Shown: positions 47,523-58,000 of the stretch, piece after piece | Layout: each line of letters starts with the position of its first letter | Position numbering within the stretch: the first letter of the stretch is position 1 | From: Candidatus Eiseniibacteriota bacterium | GTDB lineage: Bacteria; Eisenbacteria; RBG-16-71-46 | Length of the DNA: 64,000 nucleotides | Reading direction: 5' to 3' | NCBI GenBank assembly: GCA_041483195.1 | Contig: JBGPFC010000013.1 | Location: forward strand, 1 to 64,000 | Translations under genes and position numbers: made by a program | The notes under the pieces: model-generated | Seen by the model: only the letters and a program-made list of their open reading frames with translations | Database searches by the model: none | What the model was told of the DNA's origin: nothing

Positions 47523-50056
47523 CGCGCGATCTCGCCGCTCACCAGATTCGCGAACAGGCGGTACGCGCCCGGCACCCCCGCGGGCAGCTGACGGAAGAAC
47601 GCGAGCCCGGTGTAGATGAACGCGCCCTTTCCGATTCGCGCGTAGAGCACGCCGCCGTCCCGCGCCGGCTCGCCGGGATCGTTCGCGGACAGCACCGTCT
47701 GGTATCGCGGATCCCACGGCCTCGCGTACCAGAGCCCGCGCTCCTGGACCCAGCCCGCGAAATCGGCGGGCGTGATCCGGTTGGGCGTGGTGAGCAGCGC
47801 GTGCGCCGGCAGCAGCGGGCGCATCTCGGCCTCCTCGACCGTGACGCGATCGCTCGAGACCTTGAACGGAAACGGGCCCAGTCGGTCGTCGAGCGCGGGA
47901 TCGGGGGTCTGGTACTGCGTCACCAGCCGGCCCCCGCCCGCCGCATACGCGAGCAGCCGCGGCACCAGCGCCCTGAGCCGCGGCCGCGTGTTGTACGCGC
48001 GCACGCCGATCACGATCGCGTCGAAGCGCGAGAGCTCTTCGCGCTCCAGGCTCTCGTCGCCGAGCGCCGTCACGCGGTATCCCATCTGCTGGAGCGCCTC
48101 TGGCACCTGATCGCCGGAGCCCATCACGTAGCCAACGGTCGAGCCGCGATGGCGGACTTCCGCGCGCACCAGGTGCGCCTCGGCCGGGGGCAGCAGGGTC
48201 TGGATCGGAATGTGCGGATAGTCGAGCCGCACGCGCTGCGCCTCGCAGCGCGTGCCGTCTTCGGTCTCGAACCGCGCGGAGACGATCGCGCCATCGGATG
48301 CCGGGCCGGGCATCACGCGGAAGCTCACGGTGGTGTCGGCTTCGCCGCCGGGCAGCGCGAGCGAGACCCGCGGCGGTTCGGCGCGCCAGCCGCCCGGCAG
48401 CCGCAGCTCGAGCGCGCCGCGCACCGGCTGGTCCGCGGACTGAACCGTGACCCGCAGCTCGCGCGGACGCGCATCCGGGAACAGATAGACGCCATGATCG
48501 AACCGGAGCGCGGCGGGCGGTACCACGCACAGGTCGCGATATCGCTCGCCCTGGACCGGGTCGATCCAGCGATAGACCACCGGAACCTCGAACGTCAGCG
48601 TGCGACCGCCGATCGCCACGGCGAAGCGCGCGAGCAATGCCGGCTCGTTCTCCGCGCGTCCGATCGCCGACGGATCGCGCAGCTCGAAGGATCCGGGGAG
48701 CGGGCGCTCCGAGAGCCAGTAGGGTTCGCTGGTCGGCATGTCGTGCGGGAGCGCGACCAGCAGCGTGTCGCTGCGGGGCTGGTTCCGCGCGAGCGTCCAG
48801 CCCAGCGTGCGCTCGGCCTGTTGCGGGGCAGCTCCCGTGCCGGCCGCGTGCGAGGTGCGCAGCGCGACGCCCGGCAGCCGCGTCTCGATACCGCTGCGCA
48901 CCAGCGCCGTCACCACGACCCGCACCCGGGAGCCCGGGGAGGCGGTGTGCTGGGTCGCGACCGCCTCGAGCCACAGCCCGCTGCATGCGCGGATCGCGTC
49001 GTTCAGCTCAATACGCTTGCGGCGCACGATCGGCGTGTCCTCGAGCTTGCGCATGCGGTCGTAGGCCTCGAGCAGCGTCGGCACCGCCCGCTCCGGGTGC
49101 TCCGGGTCGAATTCCCGCGCCGCCTTCGCGAACAGGGGCGTGAGCGGCGCCGCCCCGGGCACGCGCGACCACCCGAGGTTCACGCCGTCGAACAGGTCGG
49201 AGGTCGCGGGCGCGCCGAGCCGGTGCGCGAAAGTGTTGTCCCACGCGCCGCGGCGCTCCGCCGCCCCGAAGCCCTGGCTCTTGTGCATGCTCCGGCCCTC
49301 GCCCCCGATCTCGGTGAAGGAGCGGCCGAGCAGCGGCTGGTATTCGCCGAGATCCACGTGCAGCCGTCCGCGCGTGGTGTCGGGGCCCTGCTGGCCGAAG
49401 CGGAACGCGTTCCACACCAGTCGCGTCGCGCGCCACGTCCGCACGCGGCCCAGCTGGTCCGGAAAGCGCGTCGAGTCGGCGGCGGCGGCGAACGCTTCCT
49501 CGGCGAGGATCGCGGAAGCGGTGTGATGCCCGTGCCCGCCGCTGCCGTCGGTCGGGAATCGCGTGATGATCACGTCGGGCTCGAGGCTCCGGATGACCCA
49601 CACCACGTCGGCGAGGATGCGATCGTGTCCCCACTTCGCGAGCGTCTCCTCCGGGTTCTTCGAGTAGCCGAAGTCCAGCGCTCGCGCGAAGTACTGCTCG
49701 CCGCCGGCGATGCGGCGCGCGGCGAGCAGCTCCTGGGTGCGGATCACCCCCAGGCGTTCGCCGATGTCGGGCCCGATGAGATTCTGCCCGCCGTCCCCGC
49801 GCGTCAGCGAGAGGTACGCGGTGCGCACCATGCGCCCCTTCGAGAGCCACGCGAGGCACGCCGTGTTCTCATCGTCGGGGTGCGCGCCCACGTAGAGCGC
49901 CGTGCCGACCACGTTGAGCCTCTCGATCGCGAGCCGGAGTCCGGCCGCGTCGAGCGGCTCGGGGGGCCGGGGGTCGGCGTGCAGCGGCAGCGAGCCCATC
50001 AGCGCGATCGCGACGAGCGCGAGAGCGAAGCGCATGGCCGGAATGGAATGCTTCAC
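47519..50056 (-). CDS. Secreted PIG-L/LmbE family deacetylase with Ig-like and class I GATase-like C-terminal domains
   Basis: GTG after GGGAGG; signal peptide; GAHPDDEN, TRGDGGQN, HGHH, HKSQGFG, WVQERGL, RQLPAGVPGAYRLFANL. Confidence 0.92.
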   Translation of the reverse strand: MKHSIPAMRFALALVAIALMGSLPLHADPRPPEPLDAAGLRLAIERLNVVGTALYVGAHPDDENTACLAWLSKGRMVRTAYLSLTRGDGGQNLIGPDIGERLGVIRTQELLAARRIAGGEQYFARALDFGYSKNPEETLAKWGHDRILADVVWVIRSLEPDVIITRFPTDGSGGHGHHTASAILAEEAFAAAADSTRFPDQLGRVRTWRATRLVWNAFRFGQQGPDTTRGRLHVDLGEYQPLLGRSFTEIGGEGRSMHKSQGFGAAERRGAWDNTFAHRLGAPATSDLFDGVNLGWSRVPGAAPLTPLFAKAAREFDPEHPERAVPTLLEAYDRMRKLEDTPIVRRKRIELNDAIRACSGLWLEAVATQHTASPGSRVRVVVTALVRSGIETRLPGVALRTSHAAGTGAAPQQAERTLGWTLARNQPRSDTLLVALPHDMPTSEPYWLSERPLPGSFELRDPSAIGRAENEPALLARFAVAIGGRTLTFEVPVVYRWIDPVQGERYRDLCVVPPAALRFDHGVYLFPDARPRELRVTVQSADQPVRGALELRLPGGWRAEPPRVSLALPGGEADTTVSFRVMPGPASDGAIVSARFETEDGTRCEAQRVRLDYPHIPIQTLLPPAEAHLVRAEVRHRGSTVGYVMGSGDQVPEALQQMGYRVTALGDESLEREELSRFDAIVIGVRAYNTRPRLRALVPRLLAYAAGGGRLVTQYQTPDPALDDRLGPFPFKVSSDRVTVEEAEMRPLLPAHALLTTPNRITPADFAGWVQERGLWYARPWDPRYQTVLSANDPGEPARDGGVLYARIGKGAFIYTGLAFFRQLPAGVPGAYRLFANLVSGEIAR

Positions 50057-50304
50057 GAGTGCCTCCCTGATTGAGCTCGAGCCACGAGGATCCGCCATGG
50101 GCCACCGGCCGCCCGCGTGGCGCGGCAGATTACACGCGCGGCGCCCGGCCCACCACCGCGCCGCGGCGCCGGAAGCGAGCCGCGCGCGACTACCCCATGA
50201 GTCGCCTTGCCGGCGCGATGGCCGGCGCGCACACTGCGCTGAACGCAGTATGCTCGCGGAGCCGTGGTCTCATCCGTCACGCCGCGAGACTACACGATGG
50301 AGGC

Positions 50305-51075
50305 ATGGTGATCGCGAGCCGCGTTCTGCTGGGTGGGCTGATCGTGCTGCTCCCGCTCGCGATCGACGTTCCCGGTCCGGCGCGCGACAGCAGCGAGACC
50401 CGCGTGTCGCTCTCGGGCGGCACTGGAAGCTACGCGATCATCGCTCGCGCCTGTGACAACTCCGTGGTCAATCGCCGTTCGGTCCACTTCACCGACCAGA
50501 GCGCCTCCCTCGACCACAAATTCGCGAGCCCGGTCCGGCTCGGGGTGCGCGCCGGGCTGCTCGATGACGAGGGAGCGACCGACGGCGCCAACCGCTACAT
50601 CAATCCAAACTTCTCGCTCGACTGGCGGCTCGCCTCGGTCGGCGCCGGATACTTCGAGGCGCGGAACGATCTTCCGACCGGCGAGGGCGCGATCTTTCGC
50701 AAGCAACTCAGCTTCCACGTCCGGTTCGGCGATCCGAAGTCGGGCGCGGTGTGGGCCGAATTCCTCGAGAGCGAGCCGCTCTATTCGGGCGGGGGCTACT
50801 TCTGCGCGGGAGCCGAGACGCAGGTCGGGCGCGTGGTTAGTTTCAAGCTCGGGCTCAGCGTCCGGCCGTACGACGCAGGCGGGGTTTCCGCGCGGGGGGA
50901 GTTTCGGATCGCGCCCGCGCTCGACGCCGTGCTCAAGGCGCGGCTCGGGGAGTCCGCGGGCATCGGCGAGAACGCGTTCGCGGCGGGGTTGACCTACCGC
51001 ATGTGGGGCCGCGGACACTTCGTGCGCCCCGCGCGCGCCGCCCCGGCGCAGCCCGATACCGCGCGCGGCCCATAA
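50305..51075 (+). CDS. Hypothetical exported protein, probable outer-membrane beta-barrel
   Basis: GGAGG RBS, signal-like segment, beta-strand-rich, GLTYRMW near the end. Confidence 0.6.
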   Translation: MVIASRVLLGGLIVLLPLAIDVPGPARDSSETRVSLSGGTGSYAIIARACDNSVVNRRSVHFTDQSASLDHKFASPVRLGVRAGLLDDEGATDGANRYINPNFSLDWRLASVGAGYFEARNDLPTGEGAIFRKQLSFHVRFGDPKSGAVWAEFLESEPLYSGGGYFCAGAETQVGRVVSFKLGLSVRPYDAGGVSARGEFRIAPALDAVLKARLGESAGIGENAFAAGLTYRMWGRGHFVRPARAAPAQPDTARGP

Positions 51076-51112
51076 TCATCGCGCATCGGGCGCGCTCCCT
51101 ACCCTGGCGCGC

Positions 51113-52843
51113 TCAGTACCCGAGCGCGCAGCCGTCTTTGCGCTTCTCCGTTGCGCCGGCGTACATGCCGGTCGAGGGATCGCGCCAGATCGCCTGATAG
51201 CCGCCGTACGAGCCGACCGACTCGGGCTTGAGCACGTGGCCGCGCCGGGCCAGCTCGTCGAGCACCGACTGCGGCAGCCCGTCCTCGATGTGGAGCACGC
51301 CGCCATCCAGCATCACCGTGCCGGTGGGCTCGCTCGAGCCGGTGTGGTGGAACCGCGCCGCGTCCCCCGCCTCCTGCAAGTTCATTCCCAAGTCGACGAG
51401 GTTCACGATCACCTGCGCATGACCCTGCGGCTGCATGTCGCCGCCCATCACGCCGAACGCCATGAGCGGCCGGCCATTCTGCGTGACGAACGCGGGGATG
51501 ATGGTCTGGAACGGGCGCTTGCCGGGCTCGAGCCGGTTGGGATGACCGGCGTGGAGCGAGAACAGCCCGCCGCGATCCTGGATTCCGAATCCCAGCTCCG
51601 GCACGACGTAACCCGAGCCGAAGCCGGTGTAGTTGCTCTGGATCAGCGACACCATCATGCCGTTCGCGTCGGCGGTGCACAGATAGGTCGTCTCCTTGCG
51701 ATCCAGCGCCGCGACCTCTCCCGGCGCGTCGGCGGTGGCGGCGTGCCGCATGTCGATCAGCGATGCGCGCTGCTTCGCATATTCCTTCGACAGCAGCTGC
51801 GCGACCGGCACCTTCGCGAACGCCGGATCGGCGTAGTAGCGCGCGCGGTCGGCGAAGGCCAGCTTCTTGGCTTCGACGAACACGTGCCAGTAGTCGGCGG
51901 AGCCGCGGCCCATCGCCTTCAGATCGAAGTTCTCGAGAATGTTCAGCAGCTGGAGCGCGGCGAGGCCCTGGCTGTTGGGCGGCATCTCCCACACCGTAAC
52001 GCCGTGGTAGTCGGTCGAGATCGGTGCGTCCCAGGTCGAGTGATGGCGCGAGAAATCTTCCTTCGCGAAGAATCCGCCGTTGGCCTTCGAGTAGCGCACC
52101 AGCGCATCGGCGATCGGTCCGTCGTAGTAGGCGTCGCGACCGCGCTCGGCGAGCAGGCGCAGCGTCTTCGCGAGCGCCGGGTTCTTGAACAGCTCGCCCT
52201 CGTGCGGCGCGCGGCCGCCCGGCATGAAGACCTCCTTGAAGCCGGGCTTGTCCGCGAACACCTTCGTCGAGCGCCCCCAGTCTCCGGCGATCACCGGCGA
52301 GAGCGGGAAGCCCTCTTCCGCGTAGCGGATCGCGGGCGCGAGAATCTGCCGCATCGGGAGCTTGCCGTACTTCGCGTGCAACGTGAACCAGCCGTCGCAT
52401 GCGCCGGGCACCGTCCACGAGAACGGCGAGTAGAGCGGGATGGTGCCGTCCGAGTCGGGCTTCACCTGGTCCGCGGTGAGCGCGAGCGGCGCGCGCCCCG
52501 ACGCGTTGAGGCCCACCACCTGCCTGGTGCTCGGGTCCCACACCAGCGCGAACAGATCGCCGCCGAGCCCGTTCGCCGTCGGCTCCATCAGTCCGAGGCA
52601 GGCGTTGGCCGCGATCGCGGCGTCCACGGCGGTGCCGCCCGCCTTCAGCATCTCGAGGCCGGCCTGCACCGCGAGCGGCTGCGCCGCGCACACCATGCCG
52701 TGTTGGGCCCAGACCACGGATCGCGTCGCGGTGCCGCGACCGAGCGCGGCCTGGGTCGTCGAGTCGTTGCTCATGAGCAGAACGAACGCGACCGCGAGCG
52801 CGAGTGCGCGCGGCGCGAGCGTGGACCGGAGCGGACGAAGCAT
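51113..52843 (-). CDS. Gamma-glutamyltransferase family Ntn-hydrolase (GGT-like)
   Basis: GGTAVDAAIA, GLGGDLF, TVPG, PPNSQG, ETTY (Thr nucleophile), PGKRP, GVMGGDMQPQGH. Confidence 0.92.
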   Translation of the reverse strand: MLRPLRSTLAPRALALAVAFVLLMSNDSTTQAALGRGTATRSVVWAQHGMVCAAQPLAVQAGLEMLKAGGTAVDAAIAANACLGLMEPTANGLGGDLFALVWDPSTRQVVGLNASGRAPLALTADQVKPDSDGTIPLYSPFSWTVPGACDGWFTLHAKYGKLPMRQILAPAIRYAEEGFPLSPVIAGDWGRSTKVFADKPGFKEVFMPGGRAPHEGELFKNPALAKTLRLLAERGRDAYYDGPIADALVRYSKANGGFFAKEDFSRHHSTWDAPISTDYHGVTVWEMPPNSQGLAALQLLNILENFDLKAMGRGSADYWHVFVEAKKLAFADRARYYADPAFAKVPVAQLLSKEYAKQRASLIDMRHAATADAPGEVAALDRKETTYLCTADANGMMVSLIQSNYTGFGSGYVVPELGFGIQDRGGLFSLHAGHPNRLEPGKRPFQTIIPAFVTQNGRPLMAFGVMGGDMQPQGHAQVIVNLVDLGMNLQEAGDAARFHHTGSSEPTGTVMLDGGVLHIEDGLPQSVLDELARRGHVLKPESVGSYGGYQAIWRDPSTGMYAGATEKRKDGCALGY

Positions 52844-53059
52844 GGCGAATCCTCCCCTCGTGATGGACGCATGATGAGGCGAGCCTAGGCGAAACGCGGG
52901 GCCGCGCACAACACCGGCCCGCAAACCACGTAACCGTCGCCCGCGGCGGTCGGCAGGCACGCGCCCCGGAGAATCCGCGCGGTCGCTTGACCCGACGCCC
53001 CCTTCCTGAAATCCTGCCGCGGTTCATCGTCCCATCCCGCATCCTGGAGAGCTCGCTCC

Positions 53060-53740
53060 ATGCGCCGCACCCCGCTGGTGACGCTCGCGATCGCCGTGCT
53101 CGCGATCGCCGTTGCACGTCCCGGCGAAGCCGCCGTCTCGGTGGGGCTGCACTTCAACGGCGGGTACGATCGGTACGCGATGGGTGACTGGGCGGACCTC
53201 ATGACCGGACTCCGTGTCCCCCGTGACTTCTTCGGCACCGTGGACGCCGGCCACACCTTCGGCGTCGGCCCCGAGATCCTCTGGGGCGATCACCTCGTCG
53301 TGGCCGGCGCGTACGAGCGCATGAGCCCCGCGGAGCGACGCGGCCCGCTGGACATTTCGCTCCGCCTTCCGACCAACGCCCTCACCCTGACGCTGCGCCT
53401 CGAGCGCCGCGCGGGCGCCGCGTTCCGCTACGGGATCGGCGGAGGCGCCGGCTATTACCAGGCGGGCGACGAGGTGGAGTTCCGGCCGTTCGCCGAAAAC
53501 ATCTCGGGCAACGGGGTGGGATTCCACGGCGTCGGCATCGTCGAGCGGCGTGTTCGAAGCTCGACCTTCGTCACGCTCCAGGCCGGTTACCGCTGGGCGC
53601 GGGTCAAGGTGGACGGGATCAACGGGCGGCCCCCGACCCGATTCGTGAGCGGAGTCGGACTCCAGCCGCTCGACGTCGATCTCGACTACTCGGGGCTGCT
53701 CACGCGCATCGGCCTGCTGTTCCACACGCCGCTGCGCTGA
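53060..53740 (+). CDS. Putative small outer-membrane beta-barrel protein
   Basis: Signal peptide (GEA|A), YGIGGGAGYY, AGYRWARV, DLDYSG...IGLLF. Confidence 0.68.
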   Translation: MRRTPLVTLAIAVLAIAVARPGEAAVSVGLHFNGGYDRYAMGDWADLMTGLRVPRDFFGTVDAGHTFGVGPEILWGDHLVVAGAYERMSPAERRGPLDISLRLPTNALTLTLRLERRAGAAFRYGIGGGAGYYQAGDEVEFRPFAENISGNGVGFHGVGIVERRVRSSTFVTLQAGYRWARVKVDGINGRPPTRFVSGVGLQPLDVDLDYSGLLTRIGLLFHTPLR

Positions 53741-53859
53741 GCGCGGGCGCCGCGCGGCTCACGCCCCGTCCGGTTGTCGCCCTCCTGCCCCTTTCCTATA
53801 CTGCTGCGCAATCGCGCTGCGCCCTCCATGCGTCGCCCGCACTCCCGAAGGAGCCCGGA

Positions 53860-55047
53860 ATGCCCCGCTTCACAGGCGTGGATTTCTACGAGATCGACTC
53901 GCTGCTGACCGAGGAGGAGCGCCAGATCCGCGACCACGTGCGGGACTGGGTCGAGGAACGCTTTCTCCCGCTGGTCGAGAAGGCCTACGAAGACGCGTAC
54001 TTCCCAAAGGAGATCATCCCCGAGGTCGCGGAGCTGGGACTGCTCGGGGCGACCCTGCCGGAGCGCTACGGTTGCGCCGGCGTGAATCCGACGGCATACG
54101 GACTCGCGATGCAGGAGCTGGAGCGCGGCGATTCGGGCCTGCGCTCTTTCGCCTCGGTGCAGGGCTCGCTCGCGATGTACCCGATCTACGAGTACGGATC
54201 CGAGGCCCAGCGCACGAAGTGGCTGCCGGGAATGGCGAAGGGCGAGATCATCGGCTGCTTCGGCCTCACCGAGCCCGACTTCGGCTCGAACCCCGCTGGC
54301 ATGATCACGCGCGCGGTGCCGCGCGACGGCGGATACGTCCTGAACGGCGCGAAGATGTGGATCACGAACGGAACCGTGGCGGATGTCGCGATCGTGTGGG
54401 CGCGGCTCAAGGCCGCGGGCGGCGGGCGCGAGGAGATTCGCGGCTTCATCGTCGAGAAGGGGACCAGGGGATTCTCGGCGCCCGAACAAAAGCACAAGTA
54501 CAGCCTGCGTGCTTCGGTCACGAGCGAGCTGATCCTGGAAGACGTGTTCGTCCCGGAGGAAAACCTGCTGCCCAACGTCACCGGGCTCAAGGGTCCGCTC
54601 GGCTGCCTCTCGCAGGCGCGATTCGGCATCGCGTTCGGGGTGGTGGGCGCTGCGATGGCCTGCTTCCATGCGGCCACCGAGTACAGCAAGAGCCGCGTCC
54701 AGTTCGACCGCCCGATCGGGGGCTTCCAGCTGGTGCAGGGCAAGCTCGCCGACATGCTGACCGAGATCACCAAGGCGCAGCTGCTCAGCATCCAGCTCGG
54801 GCGCATGAAGGAACGCGGCACGGTGAAGCCCGAGCAGATCTCGCTCGCGAAGCGAAACAATTGCGAGATCGCGCTCGAGATCGCGCGCGAATCGCGTGAC
54901 ATCCTGGGCGCCAACGGCATCACGGCCGAATACCCGGTCATGCGCCACATGTGCAACCTCGAGTCGGTGAAGACCTACGAGGGCACCCACAACATTCACA
55001 CGCTGGTGCTGGGCGAGTCGATCACCGGGATCGCGGCCTACCGCTGA
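53860..55047 (+). CDS. gcdH: Acyl-CoA dehydrogenase, glutaryl-CoA dehydrogenase subfamily
   Basis: ELERGDSG.RS..SVQ.SL.MYPI, GCFGLTEPDFGS, KMWITNG, TYEGTHNIH; AAGGAG RBS. Confidence 0.8.
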   Translation: MPRFTGVDFYEIDSLLTEEERQIRDHVRDWVEERFLPLVEKAYEDAYFPKEIIPEVAELGLLGATLPERYGCAGVNPTAYGLAMQELERGDSGLRSFASVQGSLAMYPIYEYGSEAQRTKWLPGMAKGEIIGCFGLTEPDFGSNPAGMITRAVPRDGGYVLNGAKMWITNGTVADVAIVWARLKAAGGGREEIRGFIVEKGTRGFSAPEQKHKYSLRASVTSELILEDVFVPEENLLPNVTGLKGPLGCLSQARFGIAFGVVGAAMACFHAATEYSKSRVQFDRPIGGFQLVQGKLADMLTEITKAQLLSIQLGRMKERGTVKPEQISLAKRNNCEIALEIARESRDILGANGITAEYPVMRHMCNLESVKTYEGTHNIHTLVLGESITGIAAYR

Positions 55048-55068
55048 GCGGCCGCGCCGTGGCGGGGG

Positions 55069-58000
55069 TTACGGTGGGCTGCCCAACCGGGCGAGCGCGT
55101 CAGAGAGCTCGACGGCATCGGGGTTCGCCTGCAGCCCGCGCTTGAGCGCTGCGCGCGCGCCCGCAAGGTCGCCGCCGTCGCGAAGCGTGTTCGCCTCCAA
55201 CAGGTACGCCCGCGCGCGGTGCGGCACCCTGCGCTCCGTCTCGCGGAAGCGCTCGAGCGCGATCAGCGGCCGCTGGCGGTGGAGCTCGATCGTTCCGGCC
55301 ACCAGCGCGGCCTCTCCGAGGGCCTCCGGAGTGCCTACCGCGCGCGCGCGCTCCAGCGCGGCCTCGGCGCCCGGGAGATCGTCCACGTAATAGCGCCATT
55401 CCGCGAGCATCGCCCACGACAGCCAGTCCGCGGGATCGATCGAGACCGCCCGCTCCAGCGCGGCGCGCGCAGCGTCGGTCTGTCCGCCGGCATACAGGAA
55501 TTTCGCCCGCTCGCGCTCGGCCGCCGCGCGGTGGCTGCGCGCCGCAGCTTGCACCTCCCGGTCGAGGCGCGCGCCGGCGGAATCGAGACCCGCATCGCGC
55601 GCCGCCCGCACGACCTGCCGCGCGCGATCGTCCTCGTCGATCGCCAGCAGCCCGCGCACGCGCCCAACGAACCACGCCCCCGAGGTCCAGGCCGCGAACC
55701 TGAGACCCGCGGGTCGCCCGGCCTCGAACGGAACCGGGCCAGCGACCCGCAGGTTGGCGGCACTCGCGATCCGGCCCACTTCAATCAGATCCCGCGGCGC
55801 GCGGTACTCGACCACCGGGCGATCGTCGCGGTTCAGCGCCGCGCCGCGCGCGAGCGCCTTCAATGAACCGAACGATCCGGCCCAGTAGCCGGCGACCTCT
55901 TCCGGTGAGGAGATCCTCGCCCGCTCGAGCAGTCGTCGCGCCGCGGGCGTGCGAAGCCGTTCGAGCGCGAAGGTGTTGCCGGCGGGCATCGCGATCAGCA
56001 GCACGTCGTTCGCGCCCCACACCGAGAACACCTCGCCATCGGGAAACACCTCGAGGAACGACGCGAGCATCGATGCGAAGGTCTCGGGGGACAACTCGTA
56101 GAGCTGCATCCACTGGCAGAACACGCCACGTGGCTCGAGCCGCGCACGCACGCGCCTGTAGAAATCCACGGTGAACAGATTGTTCACGCCGGCGATCCAG
56201 GGGTTCGACGGCTCGGAGACGATCAGCCCGAATCGCCCGCCGCCGTGCGCGAGGTGGGTGCGCGCATCTCCCAGCACCAGCCGCACGCGCGGATCGTCGA
56301 GCGGATGTTCGCCATGCGCGTGGAAGAACCGCGACGCCTCGACCACCGCCGGCTCGAGCTCCACCACGTCGGTGATCCCGGCCCCGGCCGCGAGGACTCC
56401 GCTCGCGGTGATCCCGGACCCCAGGCCGATCACCAGCGTGCGCGCGCCGGAGTCCGCGCACGCGGCCGGCAGCAATCCGAGCAGCGCCTGGGTCTGCATG
56501 TCGGAGGTGCTCGCGTCGACCTTGCCCCCGACGCGCAGCCAGCGGTCCTTCCCGTCCTCGTTCGAGCCGACCAGGACCGAGGCATTGACCCCCTCGCGAT
56601 AGAACAGCACGCGCTGCTGCCGCGTCGCGCGGCGCACGGTGGGCTCGGCGCCGGGCGTGTATCGCGCGAGCAGTCCCATGTTCATGGCCTGGATCGGACG
56701 GAAGAGTCCGGCCGACATCAGCATCGGGTCCCAGCGCGGCGCGAGGATCACGAGTGCCGCGGCGAGCGCCGCGCCGCCCGCGACGAACGCGAAGCGGGCG
56801 GCCTTCCGCGGATGCGGCGCCGTCATCGCGATCGCGGCGAGACCCACGGCGGCCGAGAGCGCGAGCGCGGCCACGTGCGTGCCCTGCACCCCCCACCTCG
56901 GAACCAGCACGAAGCCCGCCGCGAGCGATCCCGCGATGGTGCCGAGCGTGTTCATCGCGTACGCGAACCCGGTCGCGTGGCCCCCGTCACGCACCTGGAG
57001 CAGCCGCGTCGCCACCGGAAAGACCGCGCCCAGCATCGCGCACGGCGCGAGCAGGAGCGCCGCGCACATCGCCACCTCTCCCGCGAACAGGTCGGCCCAG
57101 CGGATTCCCGGGCGCTGGGTGAGCGCGAACATCCACTCGGGCAATCGCGTGAAGGCGTGGAGCGCGAGCGCGGCCGCGACTGCGAGCGCCACCTGCAGCG
57201 ACGCGAAGCTGGTGAGCGAGACTCCGCGGCGCAGAGCCGGCGCGGCGAGCGCGCTCCCCAGCGCGAGACCGGTGAGATACACCGCGAGCACCGCCGAGAA
57301 CGAGTAGACCGACGAGCCGAACATCAGCCCGAACAACCTTACCCACGCGATCTGAAACGCGAGCGCCGCGAACCCCGAGAGCGCGAACAGCGCGGCGAAC
57401 AGGTGACGCCTCGATCCCGCGAGGGCCGGCGGCTCGCTCGCCCGCGCGGCCGGCGCGCCGCGTCGCGCGGAACGCTCCCCCGCCGCTTTCGCCCCGCGAT
57501 CGATCGCGGAACGAGTGGAATCCGCCCCCCCGACCGGAACCGGCGCCGCCGGCGCGCGGACCCGCCACGCCACCAGCGCCACGGAGGCGTTGAGCGCCGC
57601 CGCGACCCACGTGGTGGCCGCGAGTCCGATCGCGGGGAGCAGCGCGAAGCCGCCCAGCATCGAGCCCGCCACCGCGCCCAGCGTGTTGAGCGCGTACAGC
57701 CGCGCGAGCCCCGGCCCCACCCGGTCGCGCTCGAAGTGTCCGACCAGCACCGGCAGCGTTGCGCCCATCAGCGCTGCGGGCGGCAGCAGCAGCACGACGA
57801 GGCCGACGAGGCGGGCGCATCCGAACGCAGCGCCTTCACCCCCGAACGCGCGGTAGAGCGCTCCGATCGGCGCATCGAGGCCGCGCAGGACCGGGACCGA
57901 CGCGAGGCCGAGCGCGAGCACTCCCAGCTCGAGCAGCGCGTAGGTGCGCGGTCCGCGCCCGCGGCGCGCGAGCGGCACGCCGAGCCAGTAGGCGCCGAGC

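Noticed and set aside
45497..50074. 1525-aa plus-strand ORF and similar giant Arg/Ala/Gly-rich ORFs (e.g. 30971-33802, 8375-9961)
   Set aside because: They overlap well-supported opposite-strand genes and have no motifs, so they are shadow ORFs.
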